A stretch of 64,000 nucleotides of DNA from Actinomycetota bacterium (GTDB taxonomy: Bacteria > Actinomycetota > Actinomycetes > Nanopelagicales > Nanopelagicaceae): positions 30,788 through 94,787 of the forward strand of contig WLHB01000001.1 of assembly GCA_009702965.1 (NCBI GenBank). The letters are read 5' to 3'. Shown here in pieces: positions 18,838-27,794 of the stretch; position 1 is the first letter of the stretch; each line of letters opens with the position of its first letter. Both the position numbers and the translations under genes were made by a program. Below the pieces are notes generated by a model that saw only the letters and a list, made by a program, of their open reading frames with translations, was not told the DNA's origin and searched no databases.

Positions 18838-21800
18838 ATGAGCTTTATACATCTGCGCGTTGCTAGCGCCTTCTCCATGAAATATGGAACAACTCAACCA
18901 GATGATCTTGTTGAGCGCGCTCGCGAGCATGGCGCACCGGCTCTGGCTCTGACAGATCGCGCCAGCCTTTCAGGTGCTATCCGTTTTGCAAAGGCATGTG
19001 TTACTCATGGGATCGCACCGATTATTGGAATCAATCTTCCTATAGAGATCACAACCCCAATCAAGAGTCAGCCACTACCTCGCGTGACTGTTTTAGCTCA
19101 CGGTGATGGGGGATGGGCTCACCTTGTACGTTTTCTTACCGGCCTCCATATGAATAAAGGTGATGGCGAAGTTCGCATTACCACCGATCTCTTAGAAAAA
19201 TTTAGCGCTCATAGCACTCAATTACATCTTCTCCACGGGCCACAATCACCGCTGAGTTATGAACTAGCAGCCCACAGAACAGATAGAGCGCTCGACCTCT
19301 TTAATCTCACTCGTGGATTCTTTAGTGATCATGCCATTGAATGCGTTTCACATTTAATTGCAGGTAACGGTCCTGGCTCTACCGCGCATGCTGCTAGGTC
19401 GCTGATCTTTGCTCGTGATCACGATATCGATGCGGTGATTACCAATGCAGTACGAATGCGCGATCCTAGCGATGGCCCCATTGCAGATCTCTTAGATTGC
19501 GCTCGCCAACTCGTGCCGTTGGATTTCAGACATATTGAACGCCGCAATAGCCAGGCTTATTTAAAAAATAGTGAAGAGATGACACAAGTAGCTACAGAGG
19601 TAGCGCGCGCAGCAGGTGAGGCAACACCGCGTGCACTCCTTAAGACGACGCGAGAGTGGGCAGAGCGCGCACTTTTATCACCACAGCGAGACATTGGTCT
19701 TGGAGGAATCCATCTTCCTGAACCACATATTGTTGGTGCAACATCACAGAGTTCGATGCGCACTCTTTTGCGTTCACGAGTGGAGACAGGAATTCATTGG
19801 CGCTATAGCGCAAATAAGGATGTGAAGGCTGCTCGGATGCGTTTAGATGATGAGCTCGCAACAGTTGCATCCTTGGGGTACGAGTCTTACTTTCTTACCG
19901 TTACAGATATTGCAGAGATGGCTCGCGATAAAGGGATTCGCGTTGCAGCGCGAGGAAGTGGTGCTGGCTCTCTGATCTGTCACTTACTTGGTATTTCTGG
20001 CGTTGATCCAATGCGCCATGGACTTTTAATGGAGCGTTTCTGTTCACCACTCAGGGCGGCTCTACCCGATATTGATATTGATGTGGAATCAGACCGTCGA
20101 CTTGAGATATATGAGATGGTCTTTAACCGCTATGGGTCTCCATCGCTACATCTGCCAGGTGCAATCTCGCGTGCTGCAACGGTTGCAATGTTTGATACCT
20201 ATCGAGCCCGCCATGCGATCCGAGATACAGGTGCCGCCCTTGGCCTACCAGCGGCAGAGATTGATCTTCTTGCAAAGGCGATGCCACATGTGCGTGCACG
20301 CAATATTCAAGCGGTACTGCAATCTCTTCCTGAATTAAAGACTTTAAATACCTCAGCACCTCTTATGGCGATGACGGTATCTCTTGCACAAGAACTTGAT
20401 GGTCTACCACGCCATCTTGCTATGCATCCATGTGCAGTTGTTCTCTCTGATGGCGGTCTCTTAGATCGCATTCCTCTGCATATGAATGCCGGTGGATATC
20501 CGATGGTTGAATTTGATAAAGACGATGTAGAAGATATCGGTCTGCTTAAACTCGATATCTTGGGTGTACGCATGCAATCCACATTGGCATATGCAGTCTC
20601 TGAGATTGAAAAGATAGAAGAGAAGAAGATTGATATTGATGCAATCTCACTCGAAGACAAAGCAACGTATCAACTTATCCAATCCACTCGGACACTCGGA
20701 ATCTTTCAAATTGAAAGTCCGGGTCAACGCGAGCTGGTAGGTAAACTTAACCCGCGAACCTTTAACGATCTGATTATCGATATCTCACTCTTTCGACCAG
20801 GACCAGTAAAGAGCGACATGATCGCCCCCTTTCTTAATTCACGACACGGATTTACCGCAGCCGATGTCATTCATCCTGATTTAGCTCCCATTCTGCAAGA
20901 GACTGAAGGCGTTGTTGTCTTTCATGAACAAGTGATCTCCATGATCGCCACCATGACAGGAATCTCTCTTGCTAGCGCTGATGAGAAGCGACGTTCACTA
21001 GGGGATAAACAGGGTCAACAAGAAGTCTGCGACTGGTTCTTTCCTGCAGCAACGCAGAAGGGGTACCCACTTGATGTGGTTACTAAGGTCTGGGAGATCT
21101 TGCGCGCCTTTGCATCCTTTGGTTTTTGTAAAGCTCATGCTGCAGCCTTTGCTCTTCCTACCTATCAATCGGCATGGCTAAAGACGCACTATCCCGCTGA
21201 ATTTATTGCAGGAGTTCTTACTCATGATCCGGGAATGTATCCGCGACGCCTTATTCTTGATGAGGCAAGGCAGATGGGAATTACTTTGGCCCCACTTGAT
21301 GTGAATAAATCAGATGCGTCATATCGTGTTGAATCTGATGAGGGTAAGAAATCAATCCGTATCGCACTCTCCTCAATTGCTGGAATTAGCGATCATGAGA
21401 TCGCATCAATTATTCACGGCAGACCATATATAGATATGGCAGATTTTGTGGCACGAAGTGGTTCATCAACTCCTGTTACTGAATCACTGATTCTTACTGG
21501 AGGCTTTGATGAATTGCATTCACTCGATAATGGAAAAATTAATCATCGCGACCTTCTCTTACACCTGAGCGATATTGATAAATCACACTCTGCGAAGAGT
21601 TCAAAAAAAGGTGCAGGTGGTGCACAGATGACATTTGGCTTTACCCCACCCGCTCTCATCTCAAGTGGGCTACCAGATATCACCGTTAATGAACGAGTGC
21701 GTCATGAAGTAGAGCGACTAGGCATGGATATCACCCACCACATGCTTGAGTTCTATGCACCCTTTCTTAACGCTATTGGGGCGGTGCGTTCTTGTGATCT

Positions 21801-22116
21801 TCTTACTCAACGTTCGGGTGCCGATGTTTTAGTTGCTGGTGTCAAAGTTGCCTTACAGACACCACCTATTCGTTCAGGGCGACGCGTTATCTTTCTTACC
21901 CTTGATGATGGATATGGTTGTAGCGACTCCACCTTCTTTAGCGATGTGCAGAGCAGTAGCGCTGCCCTTCTCTACTCAACATCACTGATCCTTGTGCGCG
22001 GTGTTACTCGCCGCACAGGAGATCGCGGAATATCAATACGTGCTACAGAGGCATGGGGTCTACGTGAGGCCTACGATAAATGGCAGATTAGTAAGGGCAG
22101 TAAGGTGGCTATATGA
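18838..22116 (+). CDS. dnaE2: Error-prone DNA polymerase III alpha (DnaE2/ImuC)
   Basis: RGSGAGS, PDIDID, KLDILG and FCKAHAAAF; degenerate PHP ligands; OB domain; SOS box upstream. Confidence 0.93.
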   Translation: MSFIHLRVASAFSMKYGTTQPDDLVERAREHGAPALALTDRASLSGAIRFAKACVTHGIAPIIGINLPIEITTPIKSQPLPRVTVLAHGDGGWAHLVRFLTGLHMNKGDGEVRITTDLLEKFSAHSTQLHLLHGPQSPLSYELAAHRTDRALDLFNLTRGFFSDHAIECVSHLIAGNGPGSTAHAARSLIFARDHDIDAVITNAVRMRDPSDGPIADLLDCARQLVPLDFRHIERRNSQAYLKNSEEMTQVATEVARAAGEATPRALLKTTREWAERALLSPQRDIGLGGIHLPEPHIVGATSQSSMRTLLRSRVETGIHWRYSANKDVKAARMRLDDELATVASLGYESYFLTVTDIAEMARDKGIRVAARGSGAGSLICHLLGISGVDPMRHGLLMERFCSPLRAALPDIDIDVESDRRLEIYEMVFNRYGSPSLHLPGAISRAATVAMFDTYRARHAIRDTGAALGLPAAEIDLLAKAMPHVRARNIQAVLQSLPELKTLNTSAPLMAMTVSLAQELDGLPRHLAMHPCAVVLSDGGLLDRIPLHMNAGGYPMVEFDKDDVEDIGLLKLDILGVRMQSTLAYAVSEIEKIEEKKIDIDAISLEDKATYQLIQSTRTLGIFQIESPGQRELVGKLNPRTFNDLIIDISLFRPGPVKSDMIAPFLNSRHGFTAADVIHPDLAPILQETEGVVVFHEQVISMIATMTGISLASADEKRRSLGDKQGQQEVCDWFFPAATQKGYPLDVVTKVWEILRAFASFGFCKAHAAAFALPTYQSAWLKTHYPAEFIAGVLTHDPGMYPRRLILDEARQMGITLAPLDVNKSDASYRVESDEGKKSIRIALSSIAGISDHEIASIIHGRPYIDMADFVARSGSSTPVTESLILTGGFDELHSLDNGKINHRDLLLHLSDIDKSHSAKSSKKGAGGAQMTFGFTPPALISSGLPDITVNERVRHEVERLGMDITHHMLEFYAPFLNAIGAVRSCDLLTQRSGADVLVAGVKVALQTPPIRSGRRVIFLTLDDGYGCSDSTFFSDVQSSSAALLYSTSLILVRGVTRRTGDRGISIRATEAWGLREAYDKWQISKGSKVAI

Positions 22117-23282
22117 GCAGTGCGTACGAGGCGACGATTTTGCATGTCGATATGGATGCATTCTTTGCATCCGTCACAGAGCGTGATCATCCCGAGCTCA
22201 AAGGTAAGGCCGTTGTCATCGGTGCTGGAGTGCGCGGTGTGGTGACATCGGCAAATTATGAGGCGCGTAAATTTGGAATCAAGGCTGCGATGCCTGTTGG
22301 TCGTGCGCAGAGATTAGCTCCGCATGCGATTTTTATTCCACCAGACCATAAACGTTATAGCGAAGTTTCAGAGCACATTATGGAGATTTTTCATTCATTT
22401 ACCCCGCTGGTTGAACCCATTTCACTCGATGAAGCTTTTCTTGATGTCACCAAGGCAAAGCGATTACTTGGTGATGGAAGAGCAATAGCTACGGCAATCC
22501 GTGCAAAAGTTGAAGAGCAAGAGGGAATTACATGCTCTGTTGGTATCGCCGCTTCTAAGTTCATTGCAAAACTTGCATCACAGCGCTGTAAACCAAATGG
22601 AATGTTAGAAATTCCTACAGATCGAGTCCTTACCTTTCTTCATCCTCTTCCTGTATCTGCGCTGTGGGGAGTAGGGCCAAAGACCAATGAGGTGCTTGAG
22701 CAATTAGGACTTCGTACCGTCGGAGATATTGCACAGACACCGCCACAGACTTTGATTCGAGCACTCGGTCAGGCGGCAGGAGAATCGCTCTATGAACTTG
22801 CATGGGGTCGCGATGATCGTGATGTGATTCCGGAAGAACCTGATAAGAGCATCAGCGCTGCAGAGACATTCGATCGTGACATTGACGATCCTGAAATCAT
22901 TGCAAAAGAGATTTTACGAATGTGCGAGAGAGCCTCTTCGCGAATGCGTGAGCGTTCACTCTTTGCCAAAACAATCTCATTGAAGGTGCGCTTTGCAGAT
23001 TTCACAACCGTTAATCGTTCAAAGACAGTTGCATTACCAATTGATACAACGCATGAGATTTATGAAGTTGCTAAATCTTTATATGAAGGCTTGAAGTTGG
23101 GGCGCTCACGGATTCGACTTGTTGGAGTCTCATTAGAAAACTTGCATACCGAAAGTCATGAACAACTCGAACTAGGGGGCCGGGAATCGAGTTGGAGAGA
23201 ACTTCAAGGAGGGATAGATGCCGCGAAGGCCCGATTTGGTGGCGATAGCGTGCGACCTGGTCGCCTGATCGATGAAGAGTGA
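22113..23282 (+). CDS. dinB: DNA polymerase IV
   Basis: HVDMDAFF, SANYEAR, SLDEAF and KFIAKLAS intact; C-terminal QLEL clamp motif. Confidence 0.95.
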   Translation: MSSAYEATILHVDMDAFFASVTERDHPELKGKAVVIGAGVRGVVTSANYEARKFGIKAAMPVGRAQRLAPHAIFIPPDHKRYSEVSEHIMEIFHSFTPLVEPISLDEAFLDVTKAKRLLGDGRAIATAIRAKVEEQEGITCSVGIAASKFIAKLASQRCKPNGMLEIPTDRVLTFLHPLPVSALWGVGPKTNEVLEQLGLRTVGDIAQTPPQTLIRALGQAAGESLYELAWGRDDRDVIPEEPDKSISAAETFDRDIDDPEIIAKEILRMCERASSRMRERSLFAKTISLKVRFADFTTVNRSKTVALPIDTTHEIYEVAKSLYEGLKLGRSRIRLVGVSLENLHTESHEQLELGGRESSWRELQGGIDAAKARFGGDSVRPGRLIDEE

Positions 23283-23349
23283 CCATTCCTACCCTTTCTC
23301 AGCGGGAATCTGAGTAGTCAGGGAGAAAAAGTTGATCTAGAGTATGCAT

Positions 23350-23721
23350 ATGCCACTTTCTGAGCATGAAAAACGCCTCCTAGCGCAGATGGAAGAAGCT
23401 CTCGCAGCTGATGACCCGCGCCTTGTGAGCGCTCTGACTGGCCCCGCGAAGGTTTCTCGTAACCGCGTCTTTCTCGCCATCGCCTTGCTTCTCGGTGGAA
23501 TAGCTACCCTCTTTGCAGGCTTAATCGCCCAAATCACCGCCATTGGCCTTCTCGGATTCCTTGTCGCCCTGACCGGCGTAGTCCTCATGCTGCGCGCATT
23601 CACAGCACCTGGCGCGCTCATTTCGGCGACACAGAAGGGTAAAGGGCGTGCTCCACGCTCGCAGAAAGGCTTTGGAGATCGACTTCAAGACCGCTGGGAT
23701 CAGAGAAACTTCGACCAGTAA
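23350..23721 (+). CDS. DUF3040 family membrane protein
   Basis: MPLSEHEKRLLAQME..L..DDP, two TM helices and ..RW..R tail; usual position before mraZ. Confidence 0.88.
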   Translation: MPLSEHEKRLLAQMEEALAADDPRLVSALTGPAKVSRNRVFLAIALLLGGIATLFAGLIAQITAIGLLGFLVALTGVVLMLRAFTAPGALISATQKGKGRAPRSQKGFGDRLQDRWDQRNFDQ

Positions 23722-23755
23722 GACAGACCCGCCCATACCGAATCCAATCGGAGCG

Positions 23756-23780
23756 AACCCGCCCATGAGGCGGGTTTTTT
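23756..23780 (+). terminator. Intrinsic terminator
   Basis: AACCCGCC-CATGA-GGCGGGTT followed by a T-run. Confidence 0.8.
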
Positions 23781-23827
23781 CTTGCCCATTTTTTAGACCC
23801 TGAAGAGAGGGAGCTGTAGGGCAAGTG

Positions 23828-23916
23828 CTGGGAATGGGTGGGGTAGGAGTGGGGGAGAAAGGGGAGATCGTGGGGAAAGGTGGTTGAAAAAGGAGGAAAA
23901 GGGAGTAAAGTGGGGG
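23828..23916 (+). repeat. Array of GTGGG-like boxes, MraZ operator (dcw promoter)
   Basis: Boxes at about 23828, 23838, 23849, 23860, 23870, 23880, 23890, 23900 and 23910, with 10-11 nt period. Confidence 0.8.
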
Positions 23917-23968
23917 ATTAAGCGCAGGTTCACGCATAGCGCTTACAACCTTGGGGAAGGGGTCAGAG

Positions 23969-24400
23969 ATGTTTCTTGGTACTCACGAACCCCGCCTTGA
24001 TGAAAAAGGTCGCCTCATCCTTCCCGCCCGATTCCGCGAAGAACTTTCTTCAGGTCTTGTTATCACAAAGGGACAAGAACGTTGTCTCTATGTTTTTCCA
24101 GCAACTGAATTTGAAACATTGACACAGACCTTGAGACAAGCGCCAGTTACTGCAAAAGCAGCACGTGATTATCAGCGCGTGATGTTTGCAGGCGCACACG
24201 ATGAAATTCCTGATCGTCAAGGTCGCGTAACAATTCCACAAGGTCTTCGTACATATGCCGGACTTGAAAGAGAGTGCGTTGTTATTGGCGCAAACACTCG
24301 AGTTGAAATTTGGGATGCACAAGCGTGGAACAAATATCTCGCAGATCGTGAAGAAGGTTTTGCCGATGTTTCAGAAGAAGTATTTCCAGGACTTTTTTAA
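23969..24400 (+). CDS. mraZ: Transcriptional repressor MraZ
   Basis: MFLGT..LDEKGRL..P and DRQGRV duplicated motif. Confidence 0.96.
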   Translation: MFLGTHEPRLDEKGRLILPARFREELSSGLVITKGQERCLYVFPATEFETLTQTLRQAPVTAKAARDYQRVMFAGAHDEIPDRQGRVTIPQGLRTYAGLERECVVIGANTRVEIWDAQAWNKYLADREEGFADVSEEVFPGLF

Positions 24401-24448
24401 AAAACAAAAACTTAATAGCAGTACAAGCAAGTAAAACAACTACATAGC

Positions 24449-24571
24449 GCTCTCTCGATTGTGGCCACCGTCGACCCCATGCCTAGGTTTTAAGGCCGAG
24501 AGCAGACGCCCCTTCCCCGGCGCCTGCTTTTGTGAGATCCGTCGGCCGGCGGTGACCAGAGTTGAGAGAGC
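24449..24571 (+). ncRNA. mraW RNA motif (actinobacterial cis-regulatory RNA candidate)
   Basis: Hairpin AGCAGACGCC-CCUUCCCC-GGCGCCUGCU with the CUUCCCC loop, enclosed by a long stem (GCUCUCUC...GAGAGAGC), between mraZ and rsmH. Confidence 0.85.
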
Positions 24572-24617
24572 AGATTCATTCAATAAAAAGTAATGAAAGT
24601 CAGAAGTGGGGGAGAAG

Positions 24618-25559
24618 ATGCAACACATATCAGTAATGCGCGATCGTTGCGTTGACCTCTTAGCCCCTTCTATTGAGATGCATTCCCAACCTGTAGTAGT
24701 TGATGCAACTCTTGGATTAGGTGGGCATACAGAAGCGCTACTTTCTCGTTTCCCTCAATTGACGGTAATTGGAATTGATCGCGATACTCGCGCACTTGAG
24801 AAAGCAAAGAAGCGTTTAGCAGTCTTTGGTGACAGGGTAAAGACATCTCACGCAATCTTTGATGAGATAAGCGAAGTTGTCGCAGCTCATGGCTTCACCC
24901 AGGTCTCTGGAGTTCTCTTTGACCTTGGAGTCTCTTCAATGCAGCTTGATGAGCAAGATCGAGGATTCTCATACTCACATGATGCTCCGCTCGATATGCG
25001 AATGGATGCAACCCAAGGAATAACCGCCTTCGAAATTGTTAACCACTACGAACCAGGAGCGCTAGTAAAGATTCTGCGCACATTTGGTGAAGAGAAGTTT
25101 GCAACTCGTATTGTCGAAAACATTGTCAAAGCACGCTCGCAAGCACCTCTGAATTCGACAATGGAGCTTGCCACATTGGTTAAAGAGAGTATTCCAGCAG
25201 CCACCCGTCGCACGGGCGGAAATCCAGCAAAGAGAACCTTTCAAGCGCTTCGAATTGCAGTCAATGACGAACTCGGCGCAATTACTCGTGCCCTACCCCA
25301 GGCTCTGGATCTCGTTGATGTGGGCGGCCGCGTAGTTGTGATGTCCTTTCAATCACTTGAGGACAAGATCGTAAAAGAGATTTTCGTTGAGGCCTCAACT
25401 TCAAAGAGCCCACGAAATCTCCCTATGGATCTCCCTGAATATGCTGCGAAATTTTCCTTAGTAATTAGAGCGAGCGAAAAAGCCAGTGAACTTGAACAAG
25501 ATGAGAATCCTCGATCAACATCTGTTCGCCTCCGCGCAATCGAGAGGGTGGCCGCATAA
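24618..25559 (+). CDS. rsmH: 16S rRNA m4C1402 methyltransferase
   Basis: DATLGLGGH, DLGVSSMQLD..RGFS, PLDMRMD and FQALRIAVNDEL motifs. Confidence 0.96.
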   Translation: MQHISVMRDRCVDLLAPSIEMHSQPVVVDATLGLGGHTEALLSRFPQLTVIGIDRDTRALEKAKKRLAVFGDRVKTSHAIFDEISEVVAAHGFTQVSGVLFDLGVSSMQLDEQDRGFSYSHDAPLDMRMDATQGITAFEIVNHYEPGALVKILRTFGEEKFATRIVENIVKARSQAPLNSTMELATLVKESIPAATRRTGGNPAKRTFQALRIAVNDELGAITRALPQALDLVDVGGRVVVMSFQSLEDKIVKEIFVEASTSKSPRNLPMDLPEYAAKFSLVIRASEKASELEQDENPRSTSVRLRAIERVAA

Positions 25560-25966
25560 TGTCGATCGCAGCACTTGCCCAACAAACTCGTGAGAAAGTC
25601 ATCACTCAATCTTCACGTGCAATCCTTAAGCTTGTTCCAGAAACCTCTGAAGGTGTTCAAGCGACCCAAAGGTTTTTTGCAGTATTTGTGAGCGTTGTGG
25701 CAACACTTGGATTCCTTGCCCTTCTAGGTGTCCACACATTATTGGCACAAGATGCCTTCAAGCTCTCTGAATTGAAGTCAGATGCAAAGATGATTGCTGA
25801 TCAGCGCGAGGCAATTTCGAGAAAAATGGAGCTCTACTCTTCGCCTCAAGCGCTAGCAAATCAAGCTGCCTTGTTGGGAATGAGTCCTTCTGAAAACCCA
25901 ACGTTCCTAGATATCTCTCCAACGATGCCAACAATTTCTGAGAGTGACGGTGTCTCGCGTGGGTAA
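25559..25966 (+). CDS. FtsL-like cell division protein
   Basis: Single TM helix plus coiled coil and A..LGM motif; lies between rsmH and ftsI. Confidence 0.75.
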   Translation: MSIAALAQQTREKVITQSSRAILKLVPETSEGVQATQRFFAVFVSVVATLGFLALLGVHTLLAQDAFKLSELKSDAKMIADQREAISRKMELYSSPQALANQAALLGMSPSENPTFLDISPTMPTISESDGVSRG

Positions 25967-27791
25967 TTTCGAACTATCAGTTAAGCGCATTCGAACCTTG
26001 TTCGTTATTGCGCTTGTGATTTTTCTACTTTTTGGCGCACGCCTTATTCAAATTCAAGCAATTCAATCAGGGGAGTACAAGCTCAAGGCAGCCAATGAGA
26101 TGGAGTCCACGCGTGCAATCCCCGCTCCACGAGGTGAGATCACAGATATCAATGGTGTGGCCTTCGCACGAAGCGTCTCCGCAATTAACATCGTCGTGGA
26201 TCAGCAGATGATTAAGGATCCTGCACGAGTAGCCCTTTTTGTTGCACCTATATTGGGACTTACAGTTGAAGAGGTTGAACTCTCGATTACGGGAGACCGT
26301 AGATATTCGATGGTTCTTGAGAGTGCGCAACCGAGCACGTGGAATCGTCTTACTGCGGCAATTGAACGTTACAACGCGACTCTCGAACCAGTAGATTTTG
26401 AAAAGAGAATTTCTGGCTTCTTCTCCGAGCGTGGTTATGTCAGAGAGTATCCATCTGGAAATCTCGTCTCTTCCCTTGTTGGATTTGTTCGCAAAGATGG
26501 CTTAGGTGCATCAGGTGTTGAACTGAGTATGAATTCTTCGATCACTGGAACACCTGGGTTGTATTCATTTGCCCGTGGCCGTGGAGCAGAAATACCAGGA
26601 TCCCAGTCAGAGATAGTCGCCGCTGAAGCAGGAACAACTGTGCGCCTTACAATCGATAGAGACATTCAATGGGTTGCTCAAAAGGCAATTGCTGAGGCTG
26701 TACGAAAAGCGAGAGCAAGTAGCGGAACAGTGATTGTTATGGATCCAAAAACTGGCGCGATCTTGGCCCATGCCACCGCTCCAACATTTGATCCAAATAA
26801 CACAAAGAAAGTCTCTTTAGATTTAATGCGCAACCCATCTGTCCAAGATGCCTATGAGCCTGGATCAACAGGAAAAATCGTAACTTTGGCCGCAGCTCTA
26901 GAAGAAGGAAAGATCACGCCAGAGACAGTTTTTGATGTGCCTTACAAGATCAAAAGAGGTGGTGAGGAATTTAAGGATCACGATCCTCATCCACTTCAAA
27001 AACTAACAACTGCTGGAATTCTTGCAGTATCAAGTAACACCGGAACAATTAAAATTGCAGAGACAATGAGTAACGACACTCTCTATTCCTATCTCAAGAA
27101 ATTTGGAATCGGTACAAAGACTGGCGCAGGGCTGCCAGGGGAGAACGTTGGAAAATTGCTCGAAGTCAAAGATTGGTCGGGAACAACAGCGCCCACAGTC
27201 GCTTTTGGTCAGGGATACTCCCTCAATGCGATGCAAGCAACAAGCATCTTCGCAACAATCGCCAATGATGGAATCAGAGTCTCTCCAACAGTAATCGCAG
27301 GTACTAGCGATTCGTCAGGAAACTTCACTCCTTTCAAATCTGAAAAAGGAACAACGGTTGTCAGTCCAGAGACGGCGGCCAAGATGCGCCTCATGATGGA
27401 GAGTGTGGTCTCATCACATGGAACCGCACCAAGTGCGTCAATTCCTGGATATCGAGTCGCAGGAAAAACTGGTACGGCGATTAGATATGACGATCTATGT
27501 GGCTGCTATAGAGGTTACACAGCATCCTTCATTGGTTTCGCACCTGCTGAAGCCCCAGCGTATGTCATCAACGTAACGATTCAAGATCCAAAGGGTGCCT
27601 ATTACGGTGGATCTCTGGGCGGCCCAGTATTTAAAAAAGTAATGACATTTGTTCTACAGAGCAAACACATTTCCCCTTCAGGGGCGACCTTTCATCCAAT
27701 AGCACTTGATCTCAAAGAGTTGAATGCAAAGAAGCGCGCGGAGAATAAGGCAGCAAAGATCGAGATTTCCCAGGCGAGTAACAGGGGATAG
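25944..27791 (+). CDS. ftsI: Class B penicillin-binding protein (PBP3)
   Basis: RGEITD, EPGSTGK (SxxK), SSN and KTGT motifs; start may be GTG 25959. Confidence 0.93.
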   Translation: MTVSRVGNFELSVKRIRTLFVIALVIFLLFGARLIQIQAIQSGEYKLKAANEMESTRAIPAPRGEITDINGVAFARSVSAINIVVDQQMIKDPARVALFVAPILGLTVEEVELSITGDRRYSMVLESAQPSTWNRLTAAIERYNATLEPVDFEKRISGFFSERGYVREYPSGNLVSSLVGFVRKDGLGASGVELSMNSSITGTPGLYSFARGRGAEIPGSQSEIVAAEAGTTVRLTIDRDIQWVAQKAIAEAVRKARASSGTVIVMDPKTGAILAHATAPTFDPNNTKKVSLDLMRNPSVQDAYEPGSTGKIVTLAAALEEGKITPETVFDVPYKIKRGGEEFKDHDPHPLQKLTTAGILAVSSNTGTIKIAETMSNDTLYSYLKKFGIGTKTGAGLPGENVGKLLEVKDWSGTTAPTVAFGQGYSLNAMQATSIFATIANDGIRVSPTVIAGTSDSSGNFTPFKSEKGTTVVSPETAAKMRLMMESVVSSHGTAPSASIPGYRVAGKTGTAIRYDDLCGCYRGYTASFIGFAPAEAPAYVINVTIQDPKGAYYGGSLGGPVFKKVMTFVLQSKHISPSGATFHPIALDLKELNAKKRAENKAAKIEISQASNRG

Positions 27792-27794
27792 ATC

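Noticed and set aside
23816-23916. Possible CRISPR array or mobile-element end
   Set aside because: Degenerate 10-11 nt period with no spacers, cas or transposase genes; explained as the MraZ operator
23521-23937. 138-aa Pro-rich minus-strand ORF
   Set aside because: Produced by translating the G-rich MraZ box array; overlaps DUF3040 and its terminator
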